Shown: positions 35,414-45,648, counted from the first letter of the stretch. The stretch: DNA of 64,000 nucleotides from Clostridiales bacterium (GCA_031271295.1 JAISVZ010000032.1:1869-65868); one strand, 5' to 3'. The notes: generated from the sequence alone by a model not told the origin. Translations and numbers: made by a program.

Positions 35414-38113
35414 ATGCACAAAAAGCTTATGCTTCTGGACGCCAACAGCCTTGTTAACCGCGCGTTTTACGCAATCCCCGTTCTTACAAACAAGGAGGGC
35501 GAGTTTACAAACGCGGTTTACGGGTTTTTGAATATTTTTTTTAAATTAGTGGATGAAGAAAAACCGGATTATATCGCCGCCTGTTTCGATGTTAAAGCGA
35601 AAACCTTCCGGCACGAAAAATATGAAGAATACAAAGGCGGACGCAAGGTTATGCCGGAGGAACTGCGCCCGCAGATACCGCTTTTAAAAAACCTTCTGCA
35701 AAAAATGAACATAAAAATTTTTGAATTAGAAGGCTTCGAAGCGGACGACATTATTGGCACATTGGCGGTAAAAGCCGAACAAGCCGGGCTTTTCCCCGTT
35801 ATTGTTTCCGGCGATAAGGATTTGCTGCAACTTGCGAGCGATAAGATATTGGTGCGTCTGCCAAAAACCAAGTCCGGCAAAACCGAAACGGAAAACTACT
35901 ACGCGGCGGATGTGGCCGAAAAAATAGGCGTAACGCCGCGCGAATATATTGAGGTAAAAGCCCTGATGGGCGACAGTTCCGACAATATCCCCGGCGTTGC
36001 CGGTATTGGCGAGGTTACGGCGGTAAAAATTATTCAGCAGTATAAAACAGTTGAAAACGCAATTTTAAACGCGGCTTCAATTAAGCCCAAAAAAGCATCC
36101 GAAAATTTGATAACTTACGCGGATACCGCTCGTCTATCAAGGGAACTTTCGGAAATTTGCTTAACTGTGCCGGTGGAATTTAACCCGGAAAACTGCGCCG
36201 CAAACAATATGTTTAACGAACAGGCGCGCGCAGAAATTCTGCGGCTGGATTTTAAATCTATGGTGCAGCGCTTTGCTTTGGAAAACCCTCAAACGGATAA
36301 TACCGCGCAACATATAAGCGTTATTTCAAGCGCGGAAAACGCAGAAAAATATATTGCGGAAATATTAGAAAGTGAATTAATTTCACTTTATTCGGTTAGC
36401 ATAAAGAGCGGCGTTATCAGCGGCACGGCGGGCAAAGCAGCTAACAACAGCGGCACGGCGTTCTATGGCGTAAGCGTAACTTACGGCGCGGAAAAGAGTG
36501 TCTTTTTTGCGGTTTCCGCAAACCTGTCCGAGGCGTCGCTTAACACGTTGCTCCAGCCCATTTTCGAATCCGAGGTGCCGAAAATTCTGCTGGATTCGAA
36601 AAAAGAAATTGTGCGGCTGAAGCGGCACGGCATTTCAATAAACAATATCGTATTCGATTCCATGCTGGCGGGTTATGTTTTAAATTCGGCGAAAAGCTCC
36701 TATAATTACGACGATATCGCGTTCGATTTTCTCAATGAAAGTTACCCGTCGCTTGAAGAAAAAACCGGCAAAGGTAAAAAAGGTGCCAATAATTTAACTT
36801 CGGAAGAAATCGCGGATTATGCGGTTAAAAATTCCGAGGTTATTTATCGTGCCTATAAACCTATGAAAAATTTGATATCCGAAAATAATCAGGATTATTT
36901 ATATTACGAAATTGAATTGCCCCTATCAAGGGTGCTTGCGGATATGGAAGAGTACGGCATAAAGGTTGACAAAGAAAAACTGCGCGAATTCGGCACGGTT
37001 TTGGACGGGTTTATTTCGGTTTTGCAAAGCGAAATTTATGATTTATGCGGCGAGGAATTTAATATCAACTCCCCTTCACAGCTCGGCGTTATTCTGTTTG
37101 AAAAATTAGCTCTGAAAGGTTCGAAAAAAACCAAAACCGGTTATTCCACCTCCGCCGATGTGCTTGAAAAGCTGGCAAACAGCCATCCTGTGGTGCCGAA
37201 AATTTTGGAATACCGCTCCTACACAAAGCTTAAATCCACATACGCGGACGGGCTCCTTGCTGTAATAAACCCGCATGATAATAAAATTCACTCCACGTTT
37301 AACCAGTCCGTTACAACAACCGGACGCATTTCCTCGGCGGAGCCCAACCTGCAAAACATTCCCATTCGTTTGGAATTTGGCCGCAACCTGCGCAAGGTAT
37401 TTATCCCGTCGGATGAAAGTTTCATTTTTATGGACGCGGATTACAGCCAGATAGAGCTTCGCGTTATGGCGCATATGTCCGCCGACGAGGTGCTGATAGA
37501 CGCTTTTAAAAACGATATAGACATACACACCCTAACGGCTTCGCAGGTATTTGATACGCCGATTGAAGAGGTTACAAAGCAGCAGCGCGGCAGCGCGAAA
37601 GCCGTAAATTTCGGTATTATTTACGGTATTAGCGGATATAGTTTAAGTGAGGATATAGGAATTTCGAAAAAAGAAGCGGACAGATATATAAAGGAATATT
37701 TCGAAACCTACCCGCAGGTTAAAAAGTTTTTGGATTCTTCCGTGGCTTTTGCCGCGCAAAACGGTTACGCCCAAACAATTTTCAGCCGAAGAAGGGCTAT
37801 CCCGGAAATTATGACGCAAAACTTTTTTGAGAAATCGTTTGGCGAAAGAGTGGCAATGAATATGCCCGTGCAGGGAACCGCAGCCGATATTATTAAAATT
37901 GCAATGGTTAAGGTTCACTCTAAGCTTGCCGCCCAAAACCTCAAATCGCGCCTCATTTTGCAGGTTCACGACGAACTTTTGCTTGAGGTTAAAAAAGACG
38001 AACGCGAAAAGGTAAGCGCTATATTAAAGGAAGAAATGGAAAACGCCGCACAGCTTTTGGTGCCGCTTGTTGCGGAGGTTCACGAAGGTGAAAACTGGTA
38101 TGAAACAAAGTAA
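35414..38113 (+). CDS. polA: DNA polymerase I
   Basis: 899 aa. N-terminal 5'-3' exonuclease (LLDANSLVNRAFYA, GDKDLLQL). Polymerase motif A DYSQIELRVMAH, motif B RGSAKAVNFGIIYG, motif C QVHDELLLEV. Confidence 0.95.
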   Translation: MHKKLMLLDANSLVNRAFYAIPVLTNKEGEFTNAVYGFLNIFFKLVDEEKPDYIAACFDVKAKTFRHEKYEEYKGGRKVMPEELRPQIPLLKNLLQKMNIKIFELEGFEADDIIGTLAVKAEQAGLFPVIVSGDKDLLQLASDKILVRLPKTKSGKTETENYYAADVAEKIGVTPREYIEVKALMGDSSDNIPGVAGIGEVTAVKIIQQYKTVENAILNAASIKPKKASENLITYADTARLSRELSEICLTVPVEFNPENCAANNMFNEQARAEILRLDFKSMVQRFALENPQTDNTAQHISVISSAENAEKYIAEILESELISLYSVSIKSGVISGTAGKAANNSGTAFYGVSVTYGAEKSVFFAVSANLSEASLNTLLQPIFESEVPKILLDSKKEIVRLKRHGISINNIVFDSMLAGYVLNSAKSSYNYDDIAFDFLNESYPSLEEKTGKGKKGANNLTSEEIADYAVKNSEVIYRAYKPMKNLISENNQDYLYYEIELPLSRVLADMEEYGIKVDKEKLREFGTVLDGFISVLQSEIYDLCGEEFNINSPSQLGVILFEKLALKGSKKTKTGYSTSADVLEKLANSHPVVPKILEYRSYTKLKSTYADGLLAVINPHDNKIHSTFNQSVTTTGRISSAEPNLQNIPIRLEFGRNLRKVFIPSDESFIFMDADYSQIELRVMAHMSADEVLIDAFKNDIDIHTLTASQVFDTPIEEVTKQQRGSAKAVNFGIIYGISGYSLSEDIGISKKEADRYIKEYFETYPQVKKFLDSSVAFAAQNGYAQTIFSRRRAIPEIMTQNFFEKSFGERVAMNMPVQGTAADIIKIAMVKVHSKLAAQNLKSRLILQVHDELLLEVKKDEREKVSAILKEEMENAAQLLVPLVAEVHEGENWYETK

Positions 38114-38717
38114 AACTCTTGTAATTGGCCTTACCGGCAATTCCGGAAGCGGCAAAAGCTGCGTTTCCGAAATACTGCTCAATGCCGGAGCGAAAATAAT
38201 AGACGCCGACAAAATAGCTCACGCGGTACTTGCCGCAGAAGGCGCGGCGTATAATGAAGTTGTGAATTTATTCGGCGGCGGCATTTTAACCGAAAACGGA
38301 GAAATTGACCGTGCCAAAATAGCCGCCATCGTATTTAGTGATAAACAGATGCTGAAAAAGCACACGGAAATTACCCACAAACACATAATAAAGGAAGTTT
38401 TAAGGCTGCTAAGCGAGTATAAAAAATCCGGAGCGCAAATTGTTGTTATAGACGCTCCCCTTTTAACGGAGGCAGGGCTTCATAAAAACTGCGATTATGT
38501 GTGGCTTGTTAGCGCAAGTTATGAAACTAAACTTAAAAGAATAATAAAAAGGGATTCACTTTTAAAAGAAGCCGCGGAAAAACGCCTTGCCTCCGGAAGC
38601 GCGGAAGCTTCCCTTAAACCGGCTTCCGATTTTGTGATAGAAAATAACGGCGGGTTTGAGGAGCTTGAAGAAACGGTTATGCGCGAATTAAAACGGATTA
38701 CCGAAAATTCTTTGTAA
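38100..38717 (+). CDS. coaE: dephospho-CoA kinase
   Basis: The start is revised to the ATG at 38100 (GAAGGTG RBS; overlaps the polA end by 14 nt). LVIGLTGNSGSGKS P-loop, and IDADKIAH. Conserved polA-coaE order. Confidence 0.88.
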   Translation: MKQSKTLVIGLTGNSGSGKSCVSEILLNAGAKIIDADKIAHAVLAAEGAAYNEVVNLFGGGILTENGEIDRAKIAAIVFSDKQMLKKHTEITHKHIIKEVLRLLSEYKKSGAQIVVIDAPLLTEAGLHKNCDYVWLVSASYETKLKRIIKRDSLLKEAAEKRLASGSAEASLKPASDFVIENNGGFEELEETVMRELKRITENSL

Positions 38718-38738
38718 AGCCCCATAAAGGATGATAGA

Positions 38739-39296
38739 ATGAAGATTACAAAAATCGCGATTATACTTTTATTTTTGGCTCTTGTGTATTTTTGGGGCGT
38801 CTACGCTATAAGAACCGTTTATCCGCTTAAATATTACGCGTTAATATCCGAGGCGGCTCAAAAATACGGCTTGGAATTAAGCTTTGTATGCGGGTTAATC
38901 CATACGGAAAGTCGTTTTGACGCAAACGCGGTATCCGGGAAAAACGCGAGCGGCTTAATGCAGTTAACCAAATCCACTGCGGATTGGGGCGCGAGTGAAA
39001 TTGGTATAGAAAACTATTCCTACGATAATATATTAACGCCGGATATAAATATTGAGCTTGGTTGTTGGTATATAAGCAAACTAATTAACCAATACGGCGA
39101 TGAAAGCGTTGCGCTTGCAGCTTATAACGGGGGAAGCGGCAATGTTGACAGGTGGCTTGCGGACAAGAAAACAAGCTCCGACGGTAAAACCTTGCAAAGC
39201 GTTCCGTTTAAAGAAACGCAAACATTTATTGAACGTGTTGGAAAAAGCGAGAAAATATATAATTACCTTTTGAAATTTAAAAACTATATTTATTAA
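38739..39296 (+). CDS. lytic transglycosylase (SLT domain) membrane-anchored protein
   Basis: N-terminal TM. Catalytic HTESRFDANAVSGKNASGLMQL and AYNGGSGNV motifs. Confidence 0.85.
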   Translation: MKITKIAIILLFLALVYFWGVYAIRTVYPLKYYALISEAAQKYGLELSFVCGLIHTESRFDANAVSGKNASGLMQLTKSTADWGASEIGIENYSYDNILTPDINIELGCWYISKLINQYGDESVALAAYNGGSGNVDRWLADKKTSSDGKTLQSVPFKETQTFIERVGKSEKIYNYLLKFKNYIY

Positions 39297-39319
39297 AAGA
39301 ATGTATACGGGGGAAACTC

Positions 39320-40960
39320 ATGAAAAATATAATTTACGTCTGTCTTTTAAGCCTTTGCCTTGCCCTAACCGGCTGCGGCGCTTTTATACCGGATACCTCA
39401 ACCGATACGGATTCGGCATCCCCGGAAACGCCGGATATTTCTTTGGACACTTCCCTGCCCGAAGATGAAATTGAACCTTCTTATTCCGGTGTTCTGACTA
39501 TTGCCACACGCAAGCCCACAACCCTTAACCCCATATTAAACCCCGACACTTCGGTAGATCAAATGCTGCGCCTTGTGTTCGAACCTCTTTTTAATATAGA
39601 CGATAACTTTAACCTTGTTCCCAACTTGGCAACCTCCTACGAGGCCGCTCCGGACGGGTTAAGCGCGGTTATAACTCTTAACGCGAGCGCGCTTTGGAGC
39701 GACGGCACGCCGGTTACAAGTTCGGATTTTATTTTTACCGTGCAGGCAATAAAAAACTCTCCTGACGGCAGTATATACAAAACAAACGCAGACAACATTT
39801 TAAGCTGCGAAGAAATTGATAATTCAACCGTTCAAATAACATTCGGTAATTTTTACGGCGCAATGAAGTATATGTTTACATTTCCGCTTATCCCCGCGCA
39901 CTATTACGCCGGTGAAACCGACCCTGCATCCGCCGCGAACATGCAGCCTTTGGGAAACGGAGCCTATGAATTTACCTCCTACGAGGACTTAAAGGAGATA
40001 ACGTTTTCCGCTTCTAATTCCGGTAAAAAACCTTATATACAGGAAATAAAAGCCTTGATTTTGCCGGACGCGGAAACGGAGCTTGACGCGTTTAATTCCG
40101 GTATAATAGACGTGCTTTCAATAGATTTTGCCAAATGGAGCAAAACCCGAAGCGGCAAAACAGTTAAGGCGTATCAATATAATACAACACTTTACGATTT
40201 TGTTGGTTTTAACTTCAACAATTTTAACCTCAAGAATAAAAATCTGCGTGAGGTTGTTGCAAGGTGCATTGATAAGGATTCACTTATTGTAAACGCCTAC
40301 TTGGGTTCGGCATTGAAAACAAATACTCCGGTAAATTCCGGCGCATGGTTTTATAACCCCGCCGCCGCCGAATACACGCTGGATTTGGCTAAAGCGGAAA
40401 GCCTGCTCTACGACGGCGGTTTTACAAAAGAGCAAACCGGAATTTACGCGCCAACGGAAAGCGGCGGTTCTAACCAGCTTCGGCTTAGGCTTTTAGTAAA
40501 TACGGAAAACGACGAGCGTGTTAAAATTGCCGACAACTTAAAGGAAAACTTAAATTCACTTGGGATTGTGGTGGATTATGAAAAGCTGACATTTGAAGAA
40601 TATTCGCAAAAACTAACCGCCAAGGATTTTGACATTGTTGTGGGCGGGTTTAACTTGGCAGTGTGCCCGGATTTAACGTTTGCGTTCCACTCCTTGGGTA
40701 CGGCTGGCGGCGGCAACTTTTTCTCCTACGCAAGCCCAGAATTAGACGAGGCTTTGCAAAAAGCGTTTTTAGCATCCGATGATACAGCCTTTAATACGGC
40801 GATATCCGAAGTTCAGCGGCATATAACGGAGGAACTTGCCGCGGTAAGCGTGGCGTACCGAAAAAACGCGTGTTTAACTGATGAAGGGGTTTACGGGGAT
40901 ATACTGCCCATGGTGAATAACATGTATGCAAATATTGAAAAATGGTATGTTGGCGAGTGA
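39320..40960 (+). CDS. ABC transporter substrate-binding lipoprotein, family 5 (peptide/nickel type)
   Basis: Lipobox LALTGC. 546 aa. LNPILNP...LVFEPLF, LWSDGTPVTSSDF and GNGAYEF are family-5 SBP features. No cognate permease or ATPase genes are adjacent. Confidence 0.75.
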   Translation: MKNIIYVCLLSLCLALTGCGAFIPDTSTDTDSASPETPDISLDTSLPEDEIEPSYSGVLTIATRKPTTLNPILNPDTSVDQMLRLVFEPLFNIDDNFNLVPNLATSYEAAPDGLSAVITLNASALWSDGTPVTSSDFIFTVQAIKNSPDGSIYKTNADNILSCEEIDNSTVQITFGNFYGAMKYMFTFPLIPAHYYAGETDPASAANMQPLGNGAYEFTSYEDLKEITFSASNSGKKPYIQEIKALILPDAETELDAFNSGIIDVLSIDFAKWSKTRSGKTVKAYQYNTTLYDFVGFNFNNFNLKNKNLREVVARCIDKDSLIVNAYLGSALKTNTPVNSGAWFYNPAAAEYTLDLAKAESLLYDGGFTKEQTGIYAPTESGGSNQLRLRLLVNTENDERVKIADNLKENLNSLGIVVDYEKLTFEEYSQKLTAKDFDIVVGGFNLAVCPDLTFAFHSLGTAGGGNFFSYASPELDEALQKAFLASDDTAFNTAISEVQRHITEELAAVSVAYRKNACLTDEGVYGDILPMVNNMYANIEKWYVGE

Positions 40961-40969
40961 GGAAAATAT

Positions 40970-41953
40970 ATGCCGGAAGTTAGAATAGATTATTTAACCG
41001 AAGATATTGTTACAATTGCGGAGGAACGCGCAAACCGTCCGCATTTTTTTAAGCATGAAACTCATAGCGGCAAGCAGTTTACCGAATACACCGAAGGCTG
41101 CCCCTTTTGCCCGGAAAACAGCCATATGCTGCCCGATCCAATATACGTTTCGCAAAACGGACGGGTTATAGTTGTTCCCAACAAGTACCCCGCCTTTTCG
41201 GAAAACGGCAGCGGCTACGGTTTTCATGAGGTAATTATAGACACGCCGCGTCACACGCAAAAATTCAACGAATTTTCCGAACAGGAAATTTCCGGCGTTC
41301 TTTCGGCAATACAATCGCGCCTAAATTATTACCGCACTCTGAAGCGTATTAAATATGTGCAAATTATTAAAAATGACGGGCGCAGCGCCGGAGCTTCAAT
41401 ATACCATTCTCACTGGCAAATTTTCGCAATGGATTTTGTTCCGAACAAGCAGCGGCTTATACATACGAACCTGCACAATTACCGCAGGGAACTTAACTCG
41501 TGTTTTTTATGCGATATTCAAAAAAACGAAGGCACGCTTAAAATATACGAAAACGCTGGTTTTTTCGCGTATTCTCCCTACGCCTCGCTTTACCCTAATA
41601 TGGTTCAAATACTGCCGAAGGAGCATATTTCGGATTTCGCGGATTTTGACGGCAAAGCCATAAACTCGCTGTCCGAAATTCTTAAAAAAGCTGTAAACGC
41701 GCTGAATATTTTGATGGATGATGTTTCGTTTAATATTTGTTTCCAAAACGCGCCGTATGACAGCCCGGATGAAAAATATAAATGCGGCCATTTTTTCATA
41801 CAGTTAATTCCGCGCATAAGTAATTTTGCCGGGTTTGAACTTTCCACCGGCTGTTTTATTAATATGGTTAAGCCGGAAAAATCCTGTTTGAAAATGAAAG
41901 AAATTATTAATGGATATAGCAAAATGATGCCGAAATTAGAGGACGAATTATGA
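40970..41953 (+). CDS. GalT-like HIT-superfamily nucleotidyltransferase/phosphorylase
   Basis: 327 aa. Zinc-knuckle CPFCPEN, and the His-x-His-x-Gln active-site analogue YHSHWQIF (GalT has HPHGQ). Two half-domains, as in galactose-1-phosphate uridylyltransferase. Confidence 0.65.
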   Translation: MPEVRIDYLTEDIVTIAEERANRPHFFKHETHSGKQFTEYTEGCPFCPENSHMLPDPIYVSQNGRVIVVPNKYPAFSENGSGYGFHEVIIDTPRHTQKFNEFSEQEISGVLSAIQSRLNYYRTLKRIKYVQIIKNDGRSAGASIYHSHWQIFAMDFVPNKQRLIHTNLHNYRRELNSCFLCDIQKNEGTLKIYENAGFFAYSPYASLYPNMVQILPKEHISDFADFDGKAINSLSEILKKAVNALNILMDDVSFNICFQNAPYDSPDEKYKCGHFFIQLIPRISNFAGFELSTGCFINMVKPEKSCLKMKEIINGYSKMMPKLEDEL

Positions 41954-42696
41954 TTGACGTAAATTACATATTTCAAGTTGAACTAAATAAGGATAGACCG
42001 CGAGAAAAATGGCGAGATGCCGACAGGTATTCTGCGAAGCTGCAAGAAGCACATCAAATTTTGTGGAGCAAACCGCTTCCTAACGGCGAATTATTTACCC
42101 TTGAAAAAATATCGGGTAAAAGATTGCGTCACAGGTCGAAACTTGGTGAATTTATTTTATCCAGTGACCGCGCCGTTCCTTCGTTTTATAATAAAGTAAG
42201 TTTGCAGAAAATGCTCCCCTATCTTTTGGAGATTGATAAGGATGAAGCGCAGAGCTTCTGGGAATTGAGCGAAACGATTGGCGGCATGGCTATTTGGCCG
42301 GCTGTTAAAAATAACGGAAACACCATAAATCAAAACAAGTGTTTTGGACGTAACCGCACTATAATTGCAGACCGCTTGGATTTAACAATAGAGTGTATAC
42401 GCCGGTATTATTCCGGAATTGATAGCCCTTTATTCAGCACTTTTAGCCGCTACGCAGATTTTTTTGGGTTGTTCGAAACATTTAAAGGCTATATAGATTT
42501 TTTCGTTTTTCAAGATTGGGTAAGTGACGACTATACATCGGTTAAAATAGCACCTCCTTTTGACGAATTTAAATCATTACCCGTACCAAGCACAAAAGAT
42601 GAGTATATGAAATATCGTCAATGCATAATGGATTTGATAAGAAAGCGAAACCAACGAATTGACAGACTGTATAATACTCCGTCGTCGTCTTTTTAA
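41950..42696 (+). CDS. hypothetical protein (conserved-looking, family not recognised)
   Basis: 248 aa. The start overlaps the GalT-like stop (ATGA). Distinctive segments are HQILWSKPLPNGELFTL, FILSSDRAVPSF, IGGMAIWPA, TINQNKCFG...IADRLDLTIECIRRYY and FKGYIDFFVFQDWV. Confidence 0.6.
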   Translation: MIDVNYIFQVELNKDRPREKWRDADRYSAKLQEAHQILWSKPLPNGELFTLEKISGKRLRHRSKLGEFILSSDRAVPSFYNKVSLQKMLPYLLEIDKDEAQSFWELSETIGGMAIWPAVKNNGNTINQNKCFGRNRTIIADRLDLTIECIRRYYSGIDSPLFSTFSRYADFFGLFETFKGYIDFFVFQDWVSDDYTSVKIAPPFDEFKSLPVPSTKDEYMKYRQCIMDLIRKRNQRIDRLYNTPSSSF

Positions 42697-42747
42697 TACG
42701 TGTCTTTGCGCTTAATTTGCAATCGAAAATAAAAAAGGGGAAAAATC

Positions 42748-43416
42748 ATGAACGACATTTTAGAACAAATTCAGAAAATCGGCATTATTCCGGTTATAGC
42801 CATATCGGACGCTTCAAAGGCAATTCCGCTGGCGAACGCCTTGCTTGAGGGCGGCGTTCCCTGCGCGGAGATAACCTTTCGAACAGCGTTCGGCGAGGAA
42901 AGTATTCGCAAAATATCCGAACAAATGCCTGAAATTTTAGTTTGCGCGGGTACGGTTTTAACCTGCGAGCAAGCACAGCGAGCAAAGGATGCCGGGGCGA
43001 AATTTGTTGTAAGCCCGGGACTGAACCCGAAAGTTGTGCGGTATTGCGTAGGAAATAATATTTTAATAGTGCCCGGCTGCGCCACACCGTCGGACATGGA
43101 GGCGGCAATGGAATTTGGCCTTTCGGCGGTAAAATTTTTCCCGGCGGAGCAAGCGGGCGGTTTAAATTACATAAAAGCGGTATCCGCGCCGTATCCCAAC
43201 CTTTCCTTCATACCAACCGGCGGAATAAACGCCTCTAATATCGGCAAATACGCAGCGTTCGGCAAAGTTCTTGCCTGCGGCGGAAGCTGGATGGTTACTA
43301 AGGAACTAATTGATGCGGGCAATTTCACGGAAATAACGCGGCTTTGCAGGGAAGCGGTACAAATTGTTAAGGATGCGCGAATGGCGGCAAGGGAAGAGCG
43401 CCCCCGTTTCGCGTGA
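42748..43416 (+). CDS. eda: bifunctional KHG/KDPG aldolase
   Basis: 222 aa. GIIPVIAI, EITFRT, GTVLT, FVVSPG, KFFPAE and PTGGI match the Eda pattern. kdgK follows. Confidence 0.9.
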   Translation: MNDILEQIQKIGIIPVIAISDASKAIPLANALLEGGVPCAEITFRTAFGEESIRKISEQMPEILVCAGTVLTCEQAQRAKDAGAKFVVSPGLNPKVVRYCVGNNILIVPGCATPSDMEAAMEFGLSAVKFFPAEQAGGLNYIKAVSAPYPNLSFIPTGGINASNIGKYAAFGKVLACGGSWMVTKELIDAGNFTEITRLCREAVQIVKDARMAAREERPRFA

Positions 43417-43507
43417 GGAAATTGCGAGCTTGCGCAATAAAATATTCGCCTTACAATAAGCAGTGAACGTAAAGTGAACCAATTTGTAAAAAGTACGGAG
43501 GTATAAC

Positions 43508-44530
43508 ATGGGCAAGGTTGTTACATTCGGGGAAATAATGCTGCGTTTGGCACCGGAAGGGTATCTGCGCTTTACGCAGGCATCTTCTTTCGGCGCGTCT
43601 TACGGCGGAGGCGAGGCAAACGTTGCGGTATCTCTCGCGAATTTCGGGATAAACGCGGCGTTCGTTACAAAGCTGCCCAAGCATGAAATAGGGCAATGCG
43701 CGGTAAACAAACTGCGCGAACTCGGTGTGGATACGTCTGAAATTGTACGGGGCGGCAATCGCATCGGCATTTATTTTTTGGAAAAAGGCGCAAGCCAGCG
43801 TCCTTCAAAGGTTATATACGACCGCGCGAATTCCGCGATAGCCGAGGCTTCGAAGGATGATTTTAACTGGGATAAAATTTTTACAAGCTGCGAATGGTTT
43901 CATTTTACCGGAATAACGCCCGCGCTTGGAGCAAACGCGGCGGAAATCTGCGCGGACGCGCTAAAAGCCGCAAAGCGGAAAAATATTACCGTAAGCTGCG
44001 ACCTTAACTACCGCAAAAACCTTTGGTCAAAAGAAGAAGCCGGCAAAACGATGCGCGAACTTATGAAATACGTGGATATCTGCATAGCAAACGAGGAGGA
44101 CGCGGCGGATATTTTCGGCATTCACGCGGAAAATACGGATGTTTCAAGCGGCACGGTAAGCTACGATGGGTACAAGGAAGTCGCCAAGAAACTGACTGAA
44201 ATTTTCGGCTTTAAAAAAACCGCTATAACCCTGCGCGAATCCATTTCCGCGAACGATAATAACTGGGCGGCAATGCTTTACGACGGCGAAAGCTTCCTGT
44301 TTTCGAAAAAGTATCCGGTACATATTGTGGATAGGGTTGGCGGCGGCGACAGTTTCAGCGGAGCGCTGATTTACGCGTTTTTAAATGAGATGAGCGGGCA
44401 GGACGCGATAGAATTCGCGGCGGCGGCAAGCTGCCTAAAGCATACCATAGAGGGGGATTTTAACATGGTATCGGCGGACGAGGTTAAAAGGCTTGCGGCG
44501 GGGGACGCTTCCGGCAGGGTTCAAAGGTAA
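43508..44530 (+). CDS. kdgK: 2-dehydro-3-deoxygluconokinase (PfkB family)
   Basis: 340 aa. GGGEANVAVSLANFG and DRVGGGDSFSGALIY signatures. Paired with eda. Confidence 0.88.
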   Translation: MGKVVTFGEIMLRLAPEGYLRFTQASSFGASYGGGEANVAVSLANFGINAAFVTKLPKHEIGQCAVNKLRELGVDTSEIVRGGNRIGIYFLEKGASQRPSKVIYDRANSAIAEASKDDFNWDKIFTSCEWFHFTGITPALGANAAEICADALKAAKRKNITVSCDLNYRKNLWSKEEAGKTMRELMKYVDICIANEEDAADIFGIHAENTDVSSGTVSYDGYKEVAKKLTEIFGFKKTAITLRESISANDNNWAAMLYDGESFLFSKKYPVHIVDRVGGGDSFSGALIYAFLNEMSGQDAIEFAAAASCLKHTIEGDFNMVSADEVKRLAAGDASGRVQR

Positions 44531-44592
44531 GCATCACGAGCAGGGGACGCTTCCGGCAGGGTTCAAGGGTTCAAAGGTAGGAATCACGAGCA
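44501..44592 (+). repeat. tandem duplication (42 nt + 50 nt) spanning the kdgK stop codon
   Basis: GGGGACGCTTCCGGCAGGGTTCAAAGGTAAGCATCACGAGCA (44501-44542) is repeated at 44543-44592, with an extra internal GTTCAAGG. The second unit encodes GDASGRVQ again, in the kdgK frame after the stop. Confidence 0.9.
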
Positions 44593-44724
44593 GGGTACTT
44601 AAAACTTGCGGCAAGGGGATACATTCAGAAGAGTTCAAAGGTAAAAAATTCAAACGGGGAGGAGAGTTTCATCATCGACACTATTTTAGAAAACGCGGCC
44701 GGTTTTATCTACGGCAACAAGGAC

Positions 44725-45648
44725 TTGTACGAATTTGCGGGGGATATAATCACGCGGGATTTATACGCGCTTCTTTGCGAAACATACCTAAAGGAAGGTA
44801 AAACCAAGGAGGAAAAAATAGAACAGTACGCAATTTTGTACGATATGATGTTCCGCTTAACAATGCGGATGAACAGGCTGTGCCCAATATACGACGACGG
44901 CTTTATTGCCCATATTGCACGTGAAGCGCTGTCCTTGGGCGAGGAAATTTGGAGCGGCGTATCCGAACGGGAGCTTATGGAAACCTTGTCGCATCGCCTG
45001 CGGCACTGCGCCAAAACAGAAAAACCCGGCGTTTCCGGTTACGCGGTGGATTGCCACGTACATACATCGGACGGCTCCGGCTGCGCAAACCACAGCGCCG
45101 AACAAATGGCGGAGGCGGCAATTGCGAACAACTTGGACGCGATTATAATAACCGAACATAACAAGCTTACCCCGCAGAGGCGCATTGACGAGCTTAACGA
45201 AAAGTACGCGCCGTTTCGCCTGTTTTCCGGCATAGAGATTAGAATTGACGGGGACGATTTTCTTGTTTTGGGTTTGCATGATGAAACGTTGGAGCAAAAG
45301 ATGTGGAATTACCCGGATTTGCACCGTTTTGTGCGCCAACGCGGCGGATACATCGCGCTTGCGCACGCACTGCGCTATTGGAACGGAGTAGATTCGAATA
45401 TTTTCAGTTTCAAGCCCGACGCTCTGGAGCTTTACTCGGTAAACATAGACAATTTAAGCTGGCACACAAGGCAAAACGAACTTAAGCTGGCGAACGCGCT
45501 TCAGGTAAAATATATTGCCAACTCGGACGCGCACTCTACGGACAGCTACCGTTATTGCAACATACTTGAAAAAGCGCCGCAGGACGAAACCGAATTAATA
45601 AAGCTTCTTAAAAACGGCTCATACCGCCTGGGGAAAGTGCCGGTTTAA
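44725..45648 (+). CDS. PHP-domain (polymerase/histidinol phosphatase-like) metal-dependent phosphoesterase with ~110-aa N-terminal extension
   Basis: VDCHVHTSDGSGC, IIITEHN, ALAHALRY and SDAHS are PHP motifs. The frame is open from 44581, and the best RBS (GGGGAGGAGAG, 44656-44666) precedes ATC codons. The listed TTG start at 44725 is therefore uncertain. Confidence 0.7.
   Translation: MYEFAGDIITRDLYALLCETYLKEGKTKEEKIEQYAILYDMMFRLTMRMNRLCPIYDDGFIAHIAREALSLGEEIWSGVSERELMETLSHRLRHCAKTEKPGVSGYAVDCHVHTSDGSGCANHSAEQMAEAAIANNLDAIIITEHNKLTPQRRIDELNEKYAPFRLFSGIEIRIDGDDFLVLGLHDETLEQKMWNYPDLHRFVRQRGGYIALAHALRYWNGVDSNIFSFKPDALELYSVNIDNLSWHTRQNELKLANALQVKYIANSDAHSTDSYRYCNILEKAPQDETELIKLLKNGSYRLGKVPV

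Noticed and set aside
44493-44801. ORF 44493-44801 (102 aa, repeated TLPAGFKG)
   Set aside because: This is an off-frame reading of the tandem duplication at the kdgK 3' end. It overlaps kdgK and the PHP gene frame.
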